Assembly: GCA_964016885.1 (NCBI GenBank)
Contig: OZ024745.1
Location: 40,114,001 to 40,178,000 of the forward strand
DNA from: Eledone cirrhosa
Lineage: Eukaryota
Length of the DNA: 64,000 nt
Reading direction: 5' to 3'
Shown: positions 14,640 through 28,559 of the stretch, one piece after another
Layout: every line of letters starts with the position of its first letter
Numbering within the stretch: position 1 is the first letter of the stretch
Notes under the pieces: generated by a model
What the model was told of the DNA's origin: nothing
Database searches by the model: none
What the model saw: only the letters and a program-made list of their open reading frames with translations
Translations under genes and position numbers: made by a program

Positions 14640-15050
14640 CATGTATCTAGCAAGAAAAGGGAATTAGAGTCGTGAGTGGGAATGTACGTATTAGTTCGGT
14701 GGCAAAGGGAAATGAGAGGATTTTCACCCTAACAATCTGCGTCGGCATGAGTTGGATGAGGAAGTGGGTAGAAGTACGTGAGTGCTTAGGTGGAATAATT
14801 AACGAGTGATTTCAGGTAGAGAAATCAGAAGCATACAGGCAGATAGGAGGGTAAACGTCGTTCCTCATCTTGACTGCTTCGGGTGTCAAGGGGATTACAA
14901 GCCTGAGGGTGTCAGTATCATAGTGGCAGTTTAAGGGCATCCTCTTTTAGCTCTCTTTATCCAGCTTTCAATAGTGCTGCCACCTAAGAAGTCTTTATTA
15001 GAACTACACCAAGAAGAATATCTTCATATGCATTCTCCTCATTTATTGAA
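14640..15050 (-). pseudogene. Possible very decayed CR1/Jockey-group LINE 3' fragment
   Basis: Weak minus-strand remnants resembling the post-RT L..LD..QKRA.KL and LI.P...RT...NSL segments; heavily mutated. Confidence 0.25.
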
Positions 15051-16236
15051 ATAAATAACGCTTCCATGATACGTTTTTGGCAACATTGGTGAGGACAAAT
15101 GCTTTAAGGTTATTTCTTATGTAAATCTCTCCAACATTTCCCCTAGCTGTCTTCGCATCCTACCTAGTAATCGTGAAAGCATCCCGCCTTCATAACTCAC
15201 GGTGCAGAGCATACACGAACGTTTTGCTTTCGGCTCCACTTATTAGTATGGTAGAAATCACATAAATTCTTGATTTGATACTTTATTTGCTTTCTAAGCT
15301 TTGCTATTTTTCTCATACCAGATTCATAGCTTTCGTCGCCTCATCAAATAGACCACCATGTCACGCTTCATCATTTGGTGGCGGTGCACCAGCACAGATC
15401 TCTTTTGTAGATTTCAGTTTGTTTTCTTACAGGAGTCGCCATTAAGCTTCTAGCTGACGTCTCCAATACTTTTCGAGCAGGGCATCCCTAATATTTTACT
15501 ACGTGATTGCACCCCCAGCTTACATGTCCTTCTCCTCATAGTTGCTTATGCTATCTATTTAGTTTTCTCTAACTCTAAATATTATTCACTAGAATAGGTT
15601 GTGTTATACACCCCTCTGATAAGGATAAAATATACATGGATTATGTGCTTTCTCTTTTCATATTTTTCTACCCATATATCTGTCTACTCCAACATCTTCT
15701 CTAAATGAAACCACTAAAGGAAGCTCCTCGATATGTGGAATATCGACACAACTGGACAGGAATTAAAATCGAAGCAGATTTGGAGTATATAGGAATATGA
15801 AAAGGGAAACTTTGGGAAACAACAAATAAAACCAAGATTTCAAGCCCGCGAGATACACTCAGGACCTGGAAAATCAAAAACTATAAAAAAGAAAGAAAAG
15901 TGCGCATGCAGCAAACAAGCATTAGCCAGCAATCAGAGAAAGCCAAACTCCAGTTTATACACATACAGTAAAACAAGGAACAGGATACTGCCCACATCAA
16001 AGACCTATGCCAGAGATTGGAAACTATTATTCCCACCAGTTTGATGCGATATTTCTGCAAAACCAGGCGTTGTCATCTTTGAATTTCACACATTCAGAAT
16101 CGACAAATTCAGGTACCTATTTAGGGTTATGAATTGACAGAAAGATTAGAACATGGCAATCGAAACGTTGCAGCATTATTCGGCACTTCGGGTTCTAAAT
16201 ATACATCCAGCGTGATAGATATAAACCGTTGATCAA

Positions 16237-17493
16237 ATGGATCCCGACACCAGAAGGAATAACAGACATGCCTTCAGCCTTGATGTAGTCGCTCTCTACA
16301 CCTCGGTCCCGGCTCTCCCGGCCGTCAATATACTAACGGAACGCGTCCAATCCACCCACCTACACTGCTTCGGGCTCACCACCACCACCGACATCCACCA
16401 ACTCCTATCCATCGTCGTCGACAACACCTACTTCGGATTCCTTGACCAAATTTACCAACAAACCTCGGGATTGCCCATGGGATCAAGTCTATCAGGTGTA
16501 CTAGCGGTCTCCTACATGGACAACCTCGAACGAAAGGCTCTCAACGCCTGGCACCCCAACGCCGTAACCTTTTTCTCAAGATACGTGGATGATATCCTCA
16601 TCCTCACTTCTTCCCAAGACACGGCGAACAGAATCTATGAGACGTTCAACAACACGGACTAGAACATTGACTTCAGTGTTGAACAGCCCAACGAAGACGG
16701 GTCACTTGCCCTCCTCGACTTCCGAATCAACATCACGGAACAAGGAGGGATCCACTGCAACTTCTACAGAAAAGCAGCCTGCAGGGACCTATTCGTTCAC
16801 TACAAGTCCGCCCTCCCTAACAGTGCCAAAAGAGGATACATCACGAACGAGATTGCGCGAATCAAAGACAGATGCAGCGATCCCGCGAGTAGTGTCACTC
16901 ATACCAAGCGATTCCTCGAGGTGCTGGAGACGAACGGGCACCCTACCTCGATCACAGACAGAATAGAAGACACCAGACGCAAGAGACAGAGAAGCACCAA
17001 AGGCAAGTGCTTCCTTAAAATACCACACCTGGGCGAGAAAACCACCAACGCTATCCGCAAGGCTATACGGAGGGAGGGCCTCGACATCCACCTGGCCCAC
17101 TCGGGCCCCTCCCTGCGAAGATGCCTCTCCAGCAAAACCGAAAAGTCTACTGACGCATGCTCCCTCAGAGACTGCCCGATACGCCATGCTAGCTGTTGCC
17201 TACGCACATACGTCGTGTATGAGATAGAATGTGACAGGTGCAACCAATACTACATAGGTAGCACAATTCGACCTTTGCACATCAGGATCAAGGAAAACAT
17301 TAAAACCAGGGCCTCGTCTTTCCGGAAACACATAGACAAATGCGGAAACAAAGACGGAAGGCCCATTGTCACAATTTTAGCGACTGAAAGAAACGTCGGC
17401 ACGTTACGTATTAAGGAAGGGCTTCTTATCAAACAACTACATCCTCAATTAAACAACCGTCTTGAGAGAAGCGAAATGAAATGGCTGGTTTAA
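16237..17493 (+). pseudogene. 5'-truncated PLE ORF (family B): RT plus GIY-YIG, one in-frame stop at 16660
   Basis: AFSLDVVALYTSVP, YQQTSGLPMGSSLS, FSRYVDDIL, LALLDF, FYRK, YVVYEIECDRCNQYYIGSTIRPLHIRIKE, LRIKEGLLIKQLHPQLN. ORFs 16237 and 16921 are in the same frame. Confidence 0.93.
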
Positions 17494-17916
17494 GTTAACA
17501 AGCGATGCAACAACACACAACACACGCACACACACACACACGCAAACGAGACAACTATACACACACACGCAAACACACACACAATAGCATTCCACCATAC
17601 GAACACACCACACTGCCAATACAGATGAACAAGAAGACTACACACGCACACACACACACACACACACACACTCAAGCGAGACAACATTACACGCACACAC
17701 ACACACAGTAACATTTAACAAGCAGGCAGAGAATGGACTGACAGCTAGCGCCTTCCCACTCCCTCATTCGGCCATTGACTTCTGTGCGGCCGGCCCCGTT
17801 TCGGCGCACGCGCGCCCCACCGAATACCTCAGATATTCAAATCATAAACAGCGAAAGACGCGTTCCGAATTGTCCGACAGACAACCTTTCCCCCCCCCCC
17901 CCCCCCCGGAACCCCC

Positions 17917-17955
17917 CCCCCCCAGTTGATGGATGTGAATCCGAAATATATAGGG
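17917..17955 (+). ncRNA. Degenerate minimal hammerhead at the 3' end of the family B PLE
   Basis: ccc-cAGTTGA(two changes from CTGATGA)-t-GGAT gtga ATCC-GAAA-TATA-TA-GGG, in the expected pLTR position. Confidence 0.55.
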
Positions 17956-18462
17956 ACTATTAAATCTCTCCCAAGGTAACTCTCTATCTCTTGTGTTGTT
18001 ATTATTATTTTTACCCTTTCACTCTTCTCTTCATTCTACACATCTCACACATCTTATACACACCACGCATCTCAACGTACACCCACTTACATATCTCTCT
18101 CTCTCCTACACCGGACCCTGTTACCCGGAGATTTACCCATTTGCATTGTCGAGGCTTCCAAACGACTTATAAATATTTACTTATTGTTCCACAATGCTTC
18201 AAGCAAACTTCAATACTCTCATGTATATATATGTATTTATTGCTGTGACCTCTGCTCCATCCTCCCTGTGGATCTCGCTTGTTTTTGTTGTTCCTGGTCA
18301 GACTTATGTCTTACCACTTTTTTGGATTAACTCTTTTCCCTCCTCCTCCCTTTCCCTGCATTTGTTTCTCGCTCTCCCTCTCACTCATTCCCTTTCCCTT
18401 CCCCCCTTCTCTCTGCCCCATACCACTTCCGTTTCCTTCGTCTCTCTGTCTCTGTTTCTCTT

Positions 18463-18524
<62 letters not shown>

Positions 18525-18867
18525 CCTCTCTCTCCGTATCTCTCTCTCTCTCTTTACGCCCTTCTCACAGTGAACAGACGTGTTCCTTTACTCTCCCGGT
18601 TACTTACCTAAATGTGCCATTGTCCTGTGTTTCCCCCCTCTATCGATATGTTTTATTTCTTTTTTTCTTTTTTACTCTCTCTTCCCTTTCGCCTCCTTTT
18701 CGCCCATTCTTTCCCTGATAATTTGTTGAAAATAGGTTATGGGCGTGCAATGGATGGGAGTATTGTCTATAATGCCCGAAGTAGACAATTGATGAAGTGA
18801 AGATGTCTATCTCTTTTTTGTGTTCCTTTTCTAACACTCCGTAACCACGTAGCCTCGTCCCTCTCAA

Positions 18868-19010
<143 letters not shown>

Positions 19011-21113
19011 TAGTTAAGCAGAAGCCGCAGACATACTAGACACAATAAAAATGCAGCGTTAGTTGCAATTCATTGCATGAACTCTCTCCAGTTCAAACAT
19101 CCTGAACTACATGCAAACCTTAGATCCATACCCACATAACACTCAACTGCTTCATCTGGCCGACGAAGGTGATATAATCTCGGTGCTTAGGTGTTTCACT
19201 GAAAGTAGCTGCCTATGTTACTTTGAAAATTGCTATAAATCGGGCCCGCTCGTCCTCTAGACAACGTTGGTCCTATCACCAGAGCTCCTTTCAATGTCTG
19301 CTACTTAAACGATGCAAAGATAGGCGGGCCCTCACAGAATTTCTGCTACGACCATCATCAGTGTTTCGCGCTAGTGAGGATCGGCCTGAAGATAACTCCT
19401 CCAAAGACCATGTGGTAAAGAGTCAGTAGTAGTTGTTGAGTTTGAACATCCCTTCACCCATCACATTATGCAATGACCGAACACTGGCAGGATGTCGAAT
19501 ATAATTTAATAAAATATTACATATGTGTTATACAAAAATGACAGCAGTTAGATCCTTATGTTTTAATAAAGATGATTTTTTTAAATGTATGTTTTGAGGA
19601 CCTCCATATAAACTGATCATTATTTTCATGAATAAGGTTGTCAAGCGCAGACAATTTGGAAGTGTTATCAGTACTTACAGGTGTAACATAATTTGGATGG
19701 CATTTGAAGACGACATGGTGTTAATTAACTCAATATGTCATCTCCGGCTTCCAAGTGATAGGTTTGATGTCAAGTGCTGCATGGCTTGAATGAAAATCAG
19801 TGCTGCGAAAATTGAGACCCATGCTGAAGAAATGTTATTATCAAAACCAGGAATAGACCTCGAAGATTAAATTTCGAGCAAGATCGTTGGATAATATCCA
19901 CGAGTTTGCTGGTGTCTCTTGGGGATTCAGCTGGATCAGCTGGAATCCGATGCTTCTGACAGGACACCATGAATGGAATATTTGAGGTCACTGCCCCACA
20001 ACCCTCCCGGGAATAAGTTGGTGAAGTAGAAGAAAATATGATGAAAAAGAGCCAATATACTCGACAACATACAAATTATTTTTCAGTTATTCCAATTTTT
20101 ATCTGCCGCGCAATTAAATTTTTCAACTTATCTTACTTTCAATCTTATAATGTATTTCCACTCTTTGTGGTGTGATTCATAGTTACCGATTTACTTCATA
20201 ACAGTCATTGAAGTGATATATAATTACACACACGAAACAGAATAGCTTTTATACAGGTGAAATTATATTGTTCTATATGAATAGGCTGGTGGACTAAGAA
20301 AATCGCGATAAAGTCAAACAAAGCCACTTAACAAAATCAGTTGACTGACTGGTTTAAATAACAGAGTTTGACATTCAGTTTTAAGTTCCTAGTTTCGCAT
20401 AATGCATACCCGTCATATAATGAACTCTTCCATCGATAATGTATGTAGTAATATATGTTCCAATCATGAAAGTCCAGATTTTCACACTTTACGCATTGAA
20501 GGTGACTATGCTAATTGTGGTGAATATTGTCTTTATGTCACAAGAACCCATTTACTAATGTTTTGCTTCTATAAGCTATACTACAATTTATCATTTTCCT
20601 GTTGATAATTCAAATTAATATTTCACATGTTTCGTCAAGTAATAATTATAACGGGATGTTTTTATAATTTTATATTTTCTTTGCTGAAAAATGAACAATT
20701 CCTAATATAATTTCAACTAATTCACCGCCGATTATCATGATTTATTATCGAATATACAATTTATGGAATCTCATAATAGAGCATTGTCGAAAAATGTTGA
20801 ATTATGAAGTTCTTTGAATTCAGTTCAGTGTTGTATTGCAGCTTTTTCGCTGGTTAGCATTATTGTGGTTTATTGTTCAGCTACATCGAAACTGAGAACT
20901 AACCATGTGAATCAGTTGTTCAATTAACATTCTTTATGTTGCTGACACATAAAGTGAGTTTAATTAAACTAAACAATTGTGAAAGCGAGGAATATTTTTA
21001 GATTTTCATAGTTTTGATATTTCATTTAAAATGCTTTTATTTTATGCATTCCCTCTATGTTCCTTCCTCAATTTTCTTGCTCATTCTTTGCAGAGAATAA
21101 CGCGTATAAACAC

Positions 21114-21204
21114 ATGCAAAATTATACAGACAAACATATAGGTATGGATATATATATATATATATATATATATATCCATACCTATATGTTTGTCTGTATA
21201 TTTT

Positions 21205-21209
<5 letters not shown>
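21114..21209. repeat. Hairpin whose loop is a (TA)n tract
   Basis: atgcaaaattatacagacaaacatataggtatgga-(TA)n-tccatacctatatgtttgtctgtatatttttgcat. Confidence 0.9.
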
Positions 21210-21255
<46 letters not shown>

Positions 21256-21594
21256 TGTGTTGTGTGTAACAATGTTTTTCCGGAGAGGAAAGAAAAAAGT
21301 TATTTACGAAATTAAGTAGCGTTTGTATGTAATTTATTTCCGATGGAAATGATTTCCACAGGACATTTCTTTGACATTATCAGGAAAGACTAGAGAATTC
21401 CAAGTGAATTAAACAATTTCCTTCTAGTAGAAGCCATTCTATATGAATTAAATCATACACTTACACATACAAGCACTCAGACTCACACACACACACACTC
21501 ACACACACACACACATATATATTTATATATATATTAGAAAGTGAGGTTTTTTTTAACAAAATGAAAAATAACCGGTGTCCTACACGAGTGAAAG

Positions 21595-22518
21595 TATAAG
21601 GAAAAAAGATGAAATCAAAAATGCAACTGGAGTCTTTTTTTTCAAAGAATATATATTTATTTGATTCCTTTACCGGTTTCGCAGTTCTTCTGCTTTTCAA
21701 AAGTAGGATTGAGATGGAGCGTTTGTGGTTTTTCTCACATCTGGTTGGCCTTTGAATGTTACTTCTGTTTTATATGGAAAAAAGTGGTTAGAAATACCAG
21801 GTGTTTAGAGAATTAATTTGTTGGTTGGTGAATAGGTATAATAAATTTAATTTGTTCACATGAGAGTCTTAATTTCATTTATGACCAATCAAATTATATT
21901 TCAGCACATGAGTCATACTCAGAACAACTACCTCCATCCCTTTTTCTTGACCATTATCTTTTGTTTGGCACAACATTCTCTAAATGGCTATAACAAAAAT
22001 TCCAAAATACGGGCGTGACAGTCATAATTTCATTTATAACCAATCAAATTACATTTATTTTTAAAAAGCCTTCCTAAGCCACCTTTTTTTAAAGTAAAAA
22101 GAAATTCAATCACAGACTGGTGCTAAAGCTGATGTGCTTATTCACGTGACAGCATCAAACTTCACTCATATATGAAAAAAACAACAAAATCCCACTCCCA
22201 CCCCCACCCCACACCCCTTGTTTGAAGGTAAATATAATAAGAACTTTGTAACGCGAACTGGCGCGAAATATATTATACCTATTCACCAACCAACCAAATT
22301 ACTTCTCTAAAACCTGGCATTTCGAGCCACTTTTCTCCATATAAAACAGAAGTAACATTCAAAGACCAACCAGATGTGAGAAAAACCACAGACTCTCCAT
22401 CTCAATCCTACTTTTGAAAAGCAGAAGAACTGGGAAACCGATAAAGGAACCAAATAGATGTATATTTAAAAAAAAAAAGACTCCAGTTGCAATTCCGATT
22501 TCATCTGTTTTCCTTATA
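21595..22518. mobile_element. MITE-like non-autonomous PLE derivative with about 250-bp inverted arms
   Basis: 21595-21843 is the reverse complement of 22271-22518. The interior (~21970-22115) matches the 3' UTR of the PLE at 53430-53592. Each arm carries an HHR motif. Confidence 0.85.
21668..21703 (-). ncRNA. Minimal type I hammerhead with U3-A8 variant core
   Basis: CTT-TTGAAAA-GCAG aagaa CTGC-GAAA-C cg G-TA-AAG, with palindromic ACCGGT stem III. Degenerate copies at 22411-22446 (+) and 59937-59972 (-). Confidence 0.7.
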
Positions 22519-22786
22519 TATATATATATAAAGGAAATGAATACAAAGAGGTTAAAACAGTTAGAACATGTAGTTTCGCCCGGAATGGGTATATCAAGGG
22601 CATGGAATGCAAAATAAGGATCCTTTATAATAGCTCTGTTCATTTCTTCTCGCACCACTAAATATTGACGTCTCGAATATTTAACCCTGTAGGTACGAGT
22701 ATTGAGCACATATGCATAAACTATTGTTAACTAAATATATGTATCGCCAATCTTTCCATTTTCGTCTCTCTCTCTCGATACTTAAT

Positions 22787-22837
<51 letters not shown>

Positions 22838-22980
22838 AATAGAGGTGTAACACACAAGTTATTATATATTGGTAAACGGAATAGAAAATGGTGACAAATT
22901 GTTCACAGTGAAAAATAGTTTAATTAGGAATAAATGAGAATTAGTAATTGTGTTGGTTAGTATTCAGTTTTGGTCTTAAG

Positions 22981-23017
22981 TTTTACCGGTTGCGCATTTC
23001 TAAATGCTTTTCAAAAA
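22981..23017 (-). ncRNA. Variant minimal hammerhead motif (U3-A8 core, GCAA instead of GAAA); twin at 26957-26993 (+)
   Basis: TTT-TTGAAAA-GCATTT ag AAATGC-GCAA-C cg G-TA-AAA. Confidence 0.5.
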
Positions 23018-23369
23018 TAATTTTGAGATTGAGCGTCCGTGATGTTTGCTGTTTGCCCTGATCTGATTAGTTTTGGGAATTCTACCTGTTTTTATGTTAA
23101 AAAAGTGGCTCCAGCGCTATTAAAATTGGTTTTTGCGCCAATTCGTGTTGCAAAAATTCTTGTGGTCAAAACAATTTTGATTGGTCGGTAGAGGTCATGT
23201 GAATGTAAAAAATTGATTTTGCGCCAAGACTGAGAAATGACTCTTTCACAATAAATATGTGTGTGTGGGTGTGTGTGTAGTAGTAGTAAAGTGTTCGTTG
23301 TTGTGATAATGGTTAGCAGGGATGTGTGTGCGAACCGCAGCCTGTTGACAGTTCAAATGCTTATTAAGA

Positions 23370-23428
<59 letters not shown>

Positions 23429-23608
23429 CAGAGTAATTCGTGGTAGAGGGATGGTCAGTAGGAATGTGTCTGTAAGTGAGTGGGGGATATTTTAACATGT
23501 TAAAAGATATTTTTCAGCTCTTGTCTTATACTGAGAAGTGTGTGTGTGTGTGTGTGTGTGTATAAGTCTCTTTGTATGTTAATGTACGCGTGTGTATGTG
23601 TGTGTGTG

Positions 23609-23646
<38 letters not shown>

Positions 23647-23947
23647 AGAATGTGTGTGGGTGGACCAGTATTTTTTTCCCTGGTAAAATGGTGTACATTA
23701 TTCAATATTTTCAGTAAAATCGATTCTCTCAATAGAACATCAAAAACCTTAACAATAAAAGGTGTGAAATGATATTCACTAAATATATATATATATATAC
23801 ATATATTCACTATATATATATATATATTTTTTTTTTGTGTTGCACCATAGAACATGTGTGTTTACGTATGTCATTGTGTTTATATGTGGGTAGAGATGTG
23901 TGCTGATGTAGGTATGTATGTTGACGTGTGTATGTCGTGGGTTCGTC

Positions 23948-25637
23948 TTAGGGAGAAGTGTTTAGACGGGGTCCGTATTTGTTAATAAAGTAAGATTCCT
24001 TGCTGATGCGCTGGGTGTGGGTGGCATTATCTTTAAATTTGTAGAGGGGAAAGATTCTGAAGTTGGGATGATTTTGGGCGGCACAGGTATCAATGTGTTC
24101 ACTCAGTGGTATTTTCCTGTATTCCCGTAGTTTAATTTGGGATCTATGGACAGTCATGCGTTGGCGGAGGCTGTATTTGGTCTGGCCCATGTATTGTTCT
24201 CGACAACCTGAGCAAGATAATACATATATTAGATTTTCCGATGCACATGTGAAATTGTGTTTTACTATAAAACGTTGTCCTTCTTTGAAATAGAATTCCG
24301 AACCCTCTATTAGGTTGATGCAAATGCCACAGTTGGGTCTATCGCATTTTTTTACTGTGGGTTTCGTTGTTGTGGTTGGCAATACTTTGGCATGTGTTAG
24401 GATGTTTTTCATTGACTTAGATTGTCTTTTGCTCTTTATGATATCGTGTGTTCGTAGGATTTGGTTCATTCTATGGTCCTTTTTCAACACAGGGATATTC
24501 TGGAGGATGGTGTCAAACGCCTCATTGTTGAGGGGGTTGTGTGTAGAGATGTACGGAAGAGCTTTTAGTTTCGGTTGATTTACTTTAGGGTGTAAATAGT
24601 ACAGGTTCTCTTGGCTAAGTTGTAGGGAATATTAATTTTAACGTGTCTAGGGTGGCAAGAGTAGAAAGGAAGATATTGCTTGGAGTCTGTGGGCTTGTAG
24701 TATATGTCTGTTTCTATTTGTTTGTTATGGATCTTATTGAGGATGTCGAGGAAGGGGAGTTGTTGATGGCTGTATTCCATCGTTAAGTTAATATTCGTGT
24801 TGAGCCATTTATAAGGGTGTGTAATTCTTTAAATTTTTCGATGTTTTCGTGCCAAAGGATGAAGCAGTCATCTAGATATAGTTTCCAGTTCCTTTCTATG
24901 TGTAAGTGGAGAGTGTTTCCAAATTTGTTTAGGACTTTAGTGTAGAGGGTGATTTCCAGGCATCCCATGACTAGGTTGGCATAAGTGGGTGTTGTTTTCG
25001 TTCCCATAGCGGTCCCAGATTTCTGCCTGTAGGGTTTGTTATTGAAAACGAAGTAATTGTTCTCCAAGATAAATTTGAGTCCCTCTATCACGAATTCTTT
25101 TTTGGTGCGTTGTGGGAGTTCATTGGATAGCTTCTATTCCTAGATTGTGGGGGATGTTGGAGTATAGGTTGACTACATCGAACGTCACTAGTAGGGTTTG
25201 TTCAGAAAGTGGCATATTAGGGAGGTGATTGAGCATATCTAGGTCGTCCGTTATATAGCTTTTGATGTGTTGGAGAAAGGGCTTGAGAAGGCTATCAATG
25301 AAGTTGCTAAGACGGTGGGTTTCGCAAGCGGGGCCTGCTATTATAGGTCTTAATTTGAGATCATTGGGTGAGGGAACATTGATGACTATATCTGTGGCTT
25401 CCTTGCATGCCTTACTTATTAATTCGCTTTTATGTACTTTAGGTATACGGTAGAAAAGGCTGGATTTATTTGTGAAGTCTGTGATGAAGCTGAATTCCTT
25501 GTTAGTGAGTCCTTCTTTGTATTGGTTGATTAGAGTTTTTAGGTTTCTCATAATTTTCTGTTGATTGTAGTGTTCAGCCTTTTCGTAGTATGTTTCGTGT
25601 TTCGTTTTCCAAAGTGGAGAGCGCTAAGTTGATATAG
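23948..25637 (-). pseudogene. Disrupted PLE RT-GIY-YIG ORF
   Basis: FYRIPKVHK, LRPIIAGP, LVTFDVVNLYSNIP, YRQKSGTAMGTK, WKLYLDDCF, LPFLDI, YYKPTDSKQYL, linker CDRPNCGIC, LIYVLSCSGCREQYMGQT...RMTVH. Confidence 0.93.
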
Positions 25638-25940
25638 AATTAAAATACGGGAATACAGGAAAATACCACTGAGTGAACACATTGATACCTGTGCCGCCCA
25701 AAATCATCCCAACTTCAGAATCTTTCCCCTCTACAAATTTAAAGAAAATGCCACCAACACCAGCGCATCAGCAAGGAATCTTACTTTATTAACAAATACG
25801 GACCCCGTCTAAACACTTCTCCCTAAGACGAACCCACAACATACATACGTCAACATACATACCAACAACACCACACATCTCTACCCACATATAAACACAA
25901 TGACATACGTAAACGCACATGTTCTATGGTGCAACACAAA

Positions 25941-26042
<102 letters not shown>

Positions 26043-26264
26043 ATATGTGTATATATATATATATAGTGAATATCATTTCACACCTTTTATTGTTAAGGTT
26101 TTTGATGTTCTATTGAGAGAATCGATTTTACTGAAAATATCGAATAATGTACACCAATTTACCAGGGAAAAAAATACTGGTCCACCCACACTTACACACA
26201 CACACACATTCTCACACACACACACACACACATACACACGCGTACATTAACATACAGAGAGACT

Positions 26265-26305
<41 letters not shown>

Positions 26306-28416
26306 ACACACACACGCACACACTTCTCCGTATAGGACAAGAGCTGAAAAATATCTTTTAACATGTTAAAATATCCCCCACTCACTTACAGACACATTCC
26401 TACTGACCATCCCTCTACCACGAATTACTCTGCTACACACACATACACACACACACACACACACACATCTCCGTATAAGACAAGAGCTGAAAAATATCTT
26501 TTAACATGTTAAAATATCCCCCACTCACTTACAAACACATTCCTACTGACCACCCCTCTACCACGAATTACTCTGCTATACACAAACACACACACACACA
26601 CACTTGTCTTAATAGGCATTTGAACAGTCAACAGGCTGCAGTTCGCACACAAATCCCTGCTAACCATTATCACAACAACGAACACTTTACTACTACTACT
26701 ACTACACACACACACATATTTGTTGTGAAAGAGTCATTTCTCAGTCTTGGCGCAAAATCAATTTTTTACATTCACATGACCTCTACCGACCAATCAAAAT
26801 TGTTTTGACCATAAGAATATTTGCAACACAAATTGGCGCAAAAAACAATTTTAATAGCGCTGGACCCACTTTTTTAACATAAAAACAGGTAGAATTCCCC
26901 AAACAAATCAGATCAGAGCAAACAGCAAACATCACCGACGCTCTATCTCAAAATTATTTTTGAAAAGCATTTAGAAATGTGCAACCGGTAAAACTTAAAA
27001 CCAAAACTGAATACTAACCAATACAATCACTAATTCTCATTTATTCCTAATTAAACTATTTTTACACTGTGAACAATTTGTCACCATTTTCTATTCCGTT
27101 TGCCAATATATATTTATATATATATATATATATGATAAAGTTATCTCTGCATAAAAACAGTGTATAACGGATACTATTACTATGTATAGAACAAATATAT
27201 ATATACACTATGTATAGAATAAATATATAAAAAAAAATATATATATATATACTTACACACGCACCTCTGATAATAATGAATGAGCTTACATTGACTATCA
27301 AAGCCGACACCTCGTTTAAAATGTTATTTTAAAGAAAATAAACGACCTCCATCAAGTACCGCGCACAGAACGTGGTAAATTCAAGGGTCTATTTTTTTTT
27401 TATTTTTTATGTAATTATATATCGTCACTCTTTCGCGCACATCCTTTTATTACGAATACATATACAATGCTATTTCAAAAGTGACCGCTTTGGAAGTGTA
27501 AATAGAAACATATTTAACCTTTGTAATTAAATATCATGTTTTGTAAAATTTAATAACCCAGGTAAATTTTATTTTTTAACCAAATATATAAATATGGAAA
27601 CAGTTGAAATCGATGAGCACTAGTCATACCAACAAACAAAAATTGAGGGAGGTTTTAGATATATCTGAGTTTATATACGGTGAAAATCACTAACGGAATT
27701 GTAAACTACACGCATTACTTAGAGAGCATTTGTCACAAAAACTATAATAACGTAGCATATGACTAAAGATTCCATAAGACTAGAACAATATAAAACAGCA
27801 GATAGGAGCACAGAATGTGTGGTCGTTTTGCCGTTTATTCCAATTCACCTGGCTTGGAAAATCTATTAATCAGATATTATGTACGTGCGTGTGCATGTTT
27901 GTGGGCGTCTCTGGGAGTGGGAGTGTATGTATTTTTCATGTTTGTGATTGAATGCGAGCACATATATATGAGTTTATGAGTGAACATATCAGGCACTGAA
28001 TAAGTTAAATAAACAAAGACTCTGTTTTGAACGGGTCATATACCGTTAAACTATATCGTATCGAAAAGAGGTCTTACAGAGGAATCTAGTAAAAACTACT
28101 CGACTAAGAAGCTTCACTTCCAATACACTACTAAGGTCAGATGTGCAATATATTGCGAAGGGTATAGCAATCCTAAACAAGATGTTCCACCACATGGAGG
28201 CTAAGTAAAGATGCCCCATACAAGCATTTAACTGTTATATTGCTGTTTTTCTCTTCCACATTTTACTTTGTTTGGTTTCTTTTCCTGATTGTTTTCCTTA
28301 TCTGTCATTTTCTGTCTGTCAGCCACACTATTCTACTTGTTCTTTTATTGTATGTTCTATTAGATACCATTCTCACTCTACTATGGGTTACTAGCTAGAA
28401 AGGTATGATTAAGCTG

Positions 28417-28467
<51 letters not shown>

Positions 28468-28559
28468 AAATGTGGAGAGGGAGCACACGAGTTAGGATAT
28501 ATATATATATATATATGAAAACGGAGAAAAAGATGATTATTAGGAAGAAAAAAATATTT

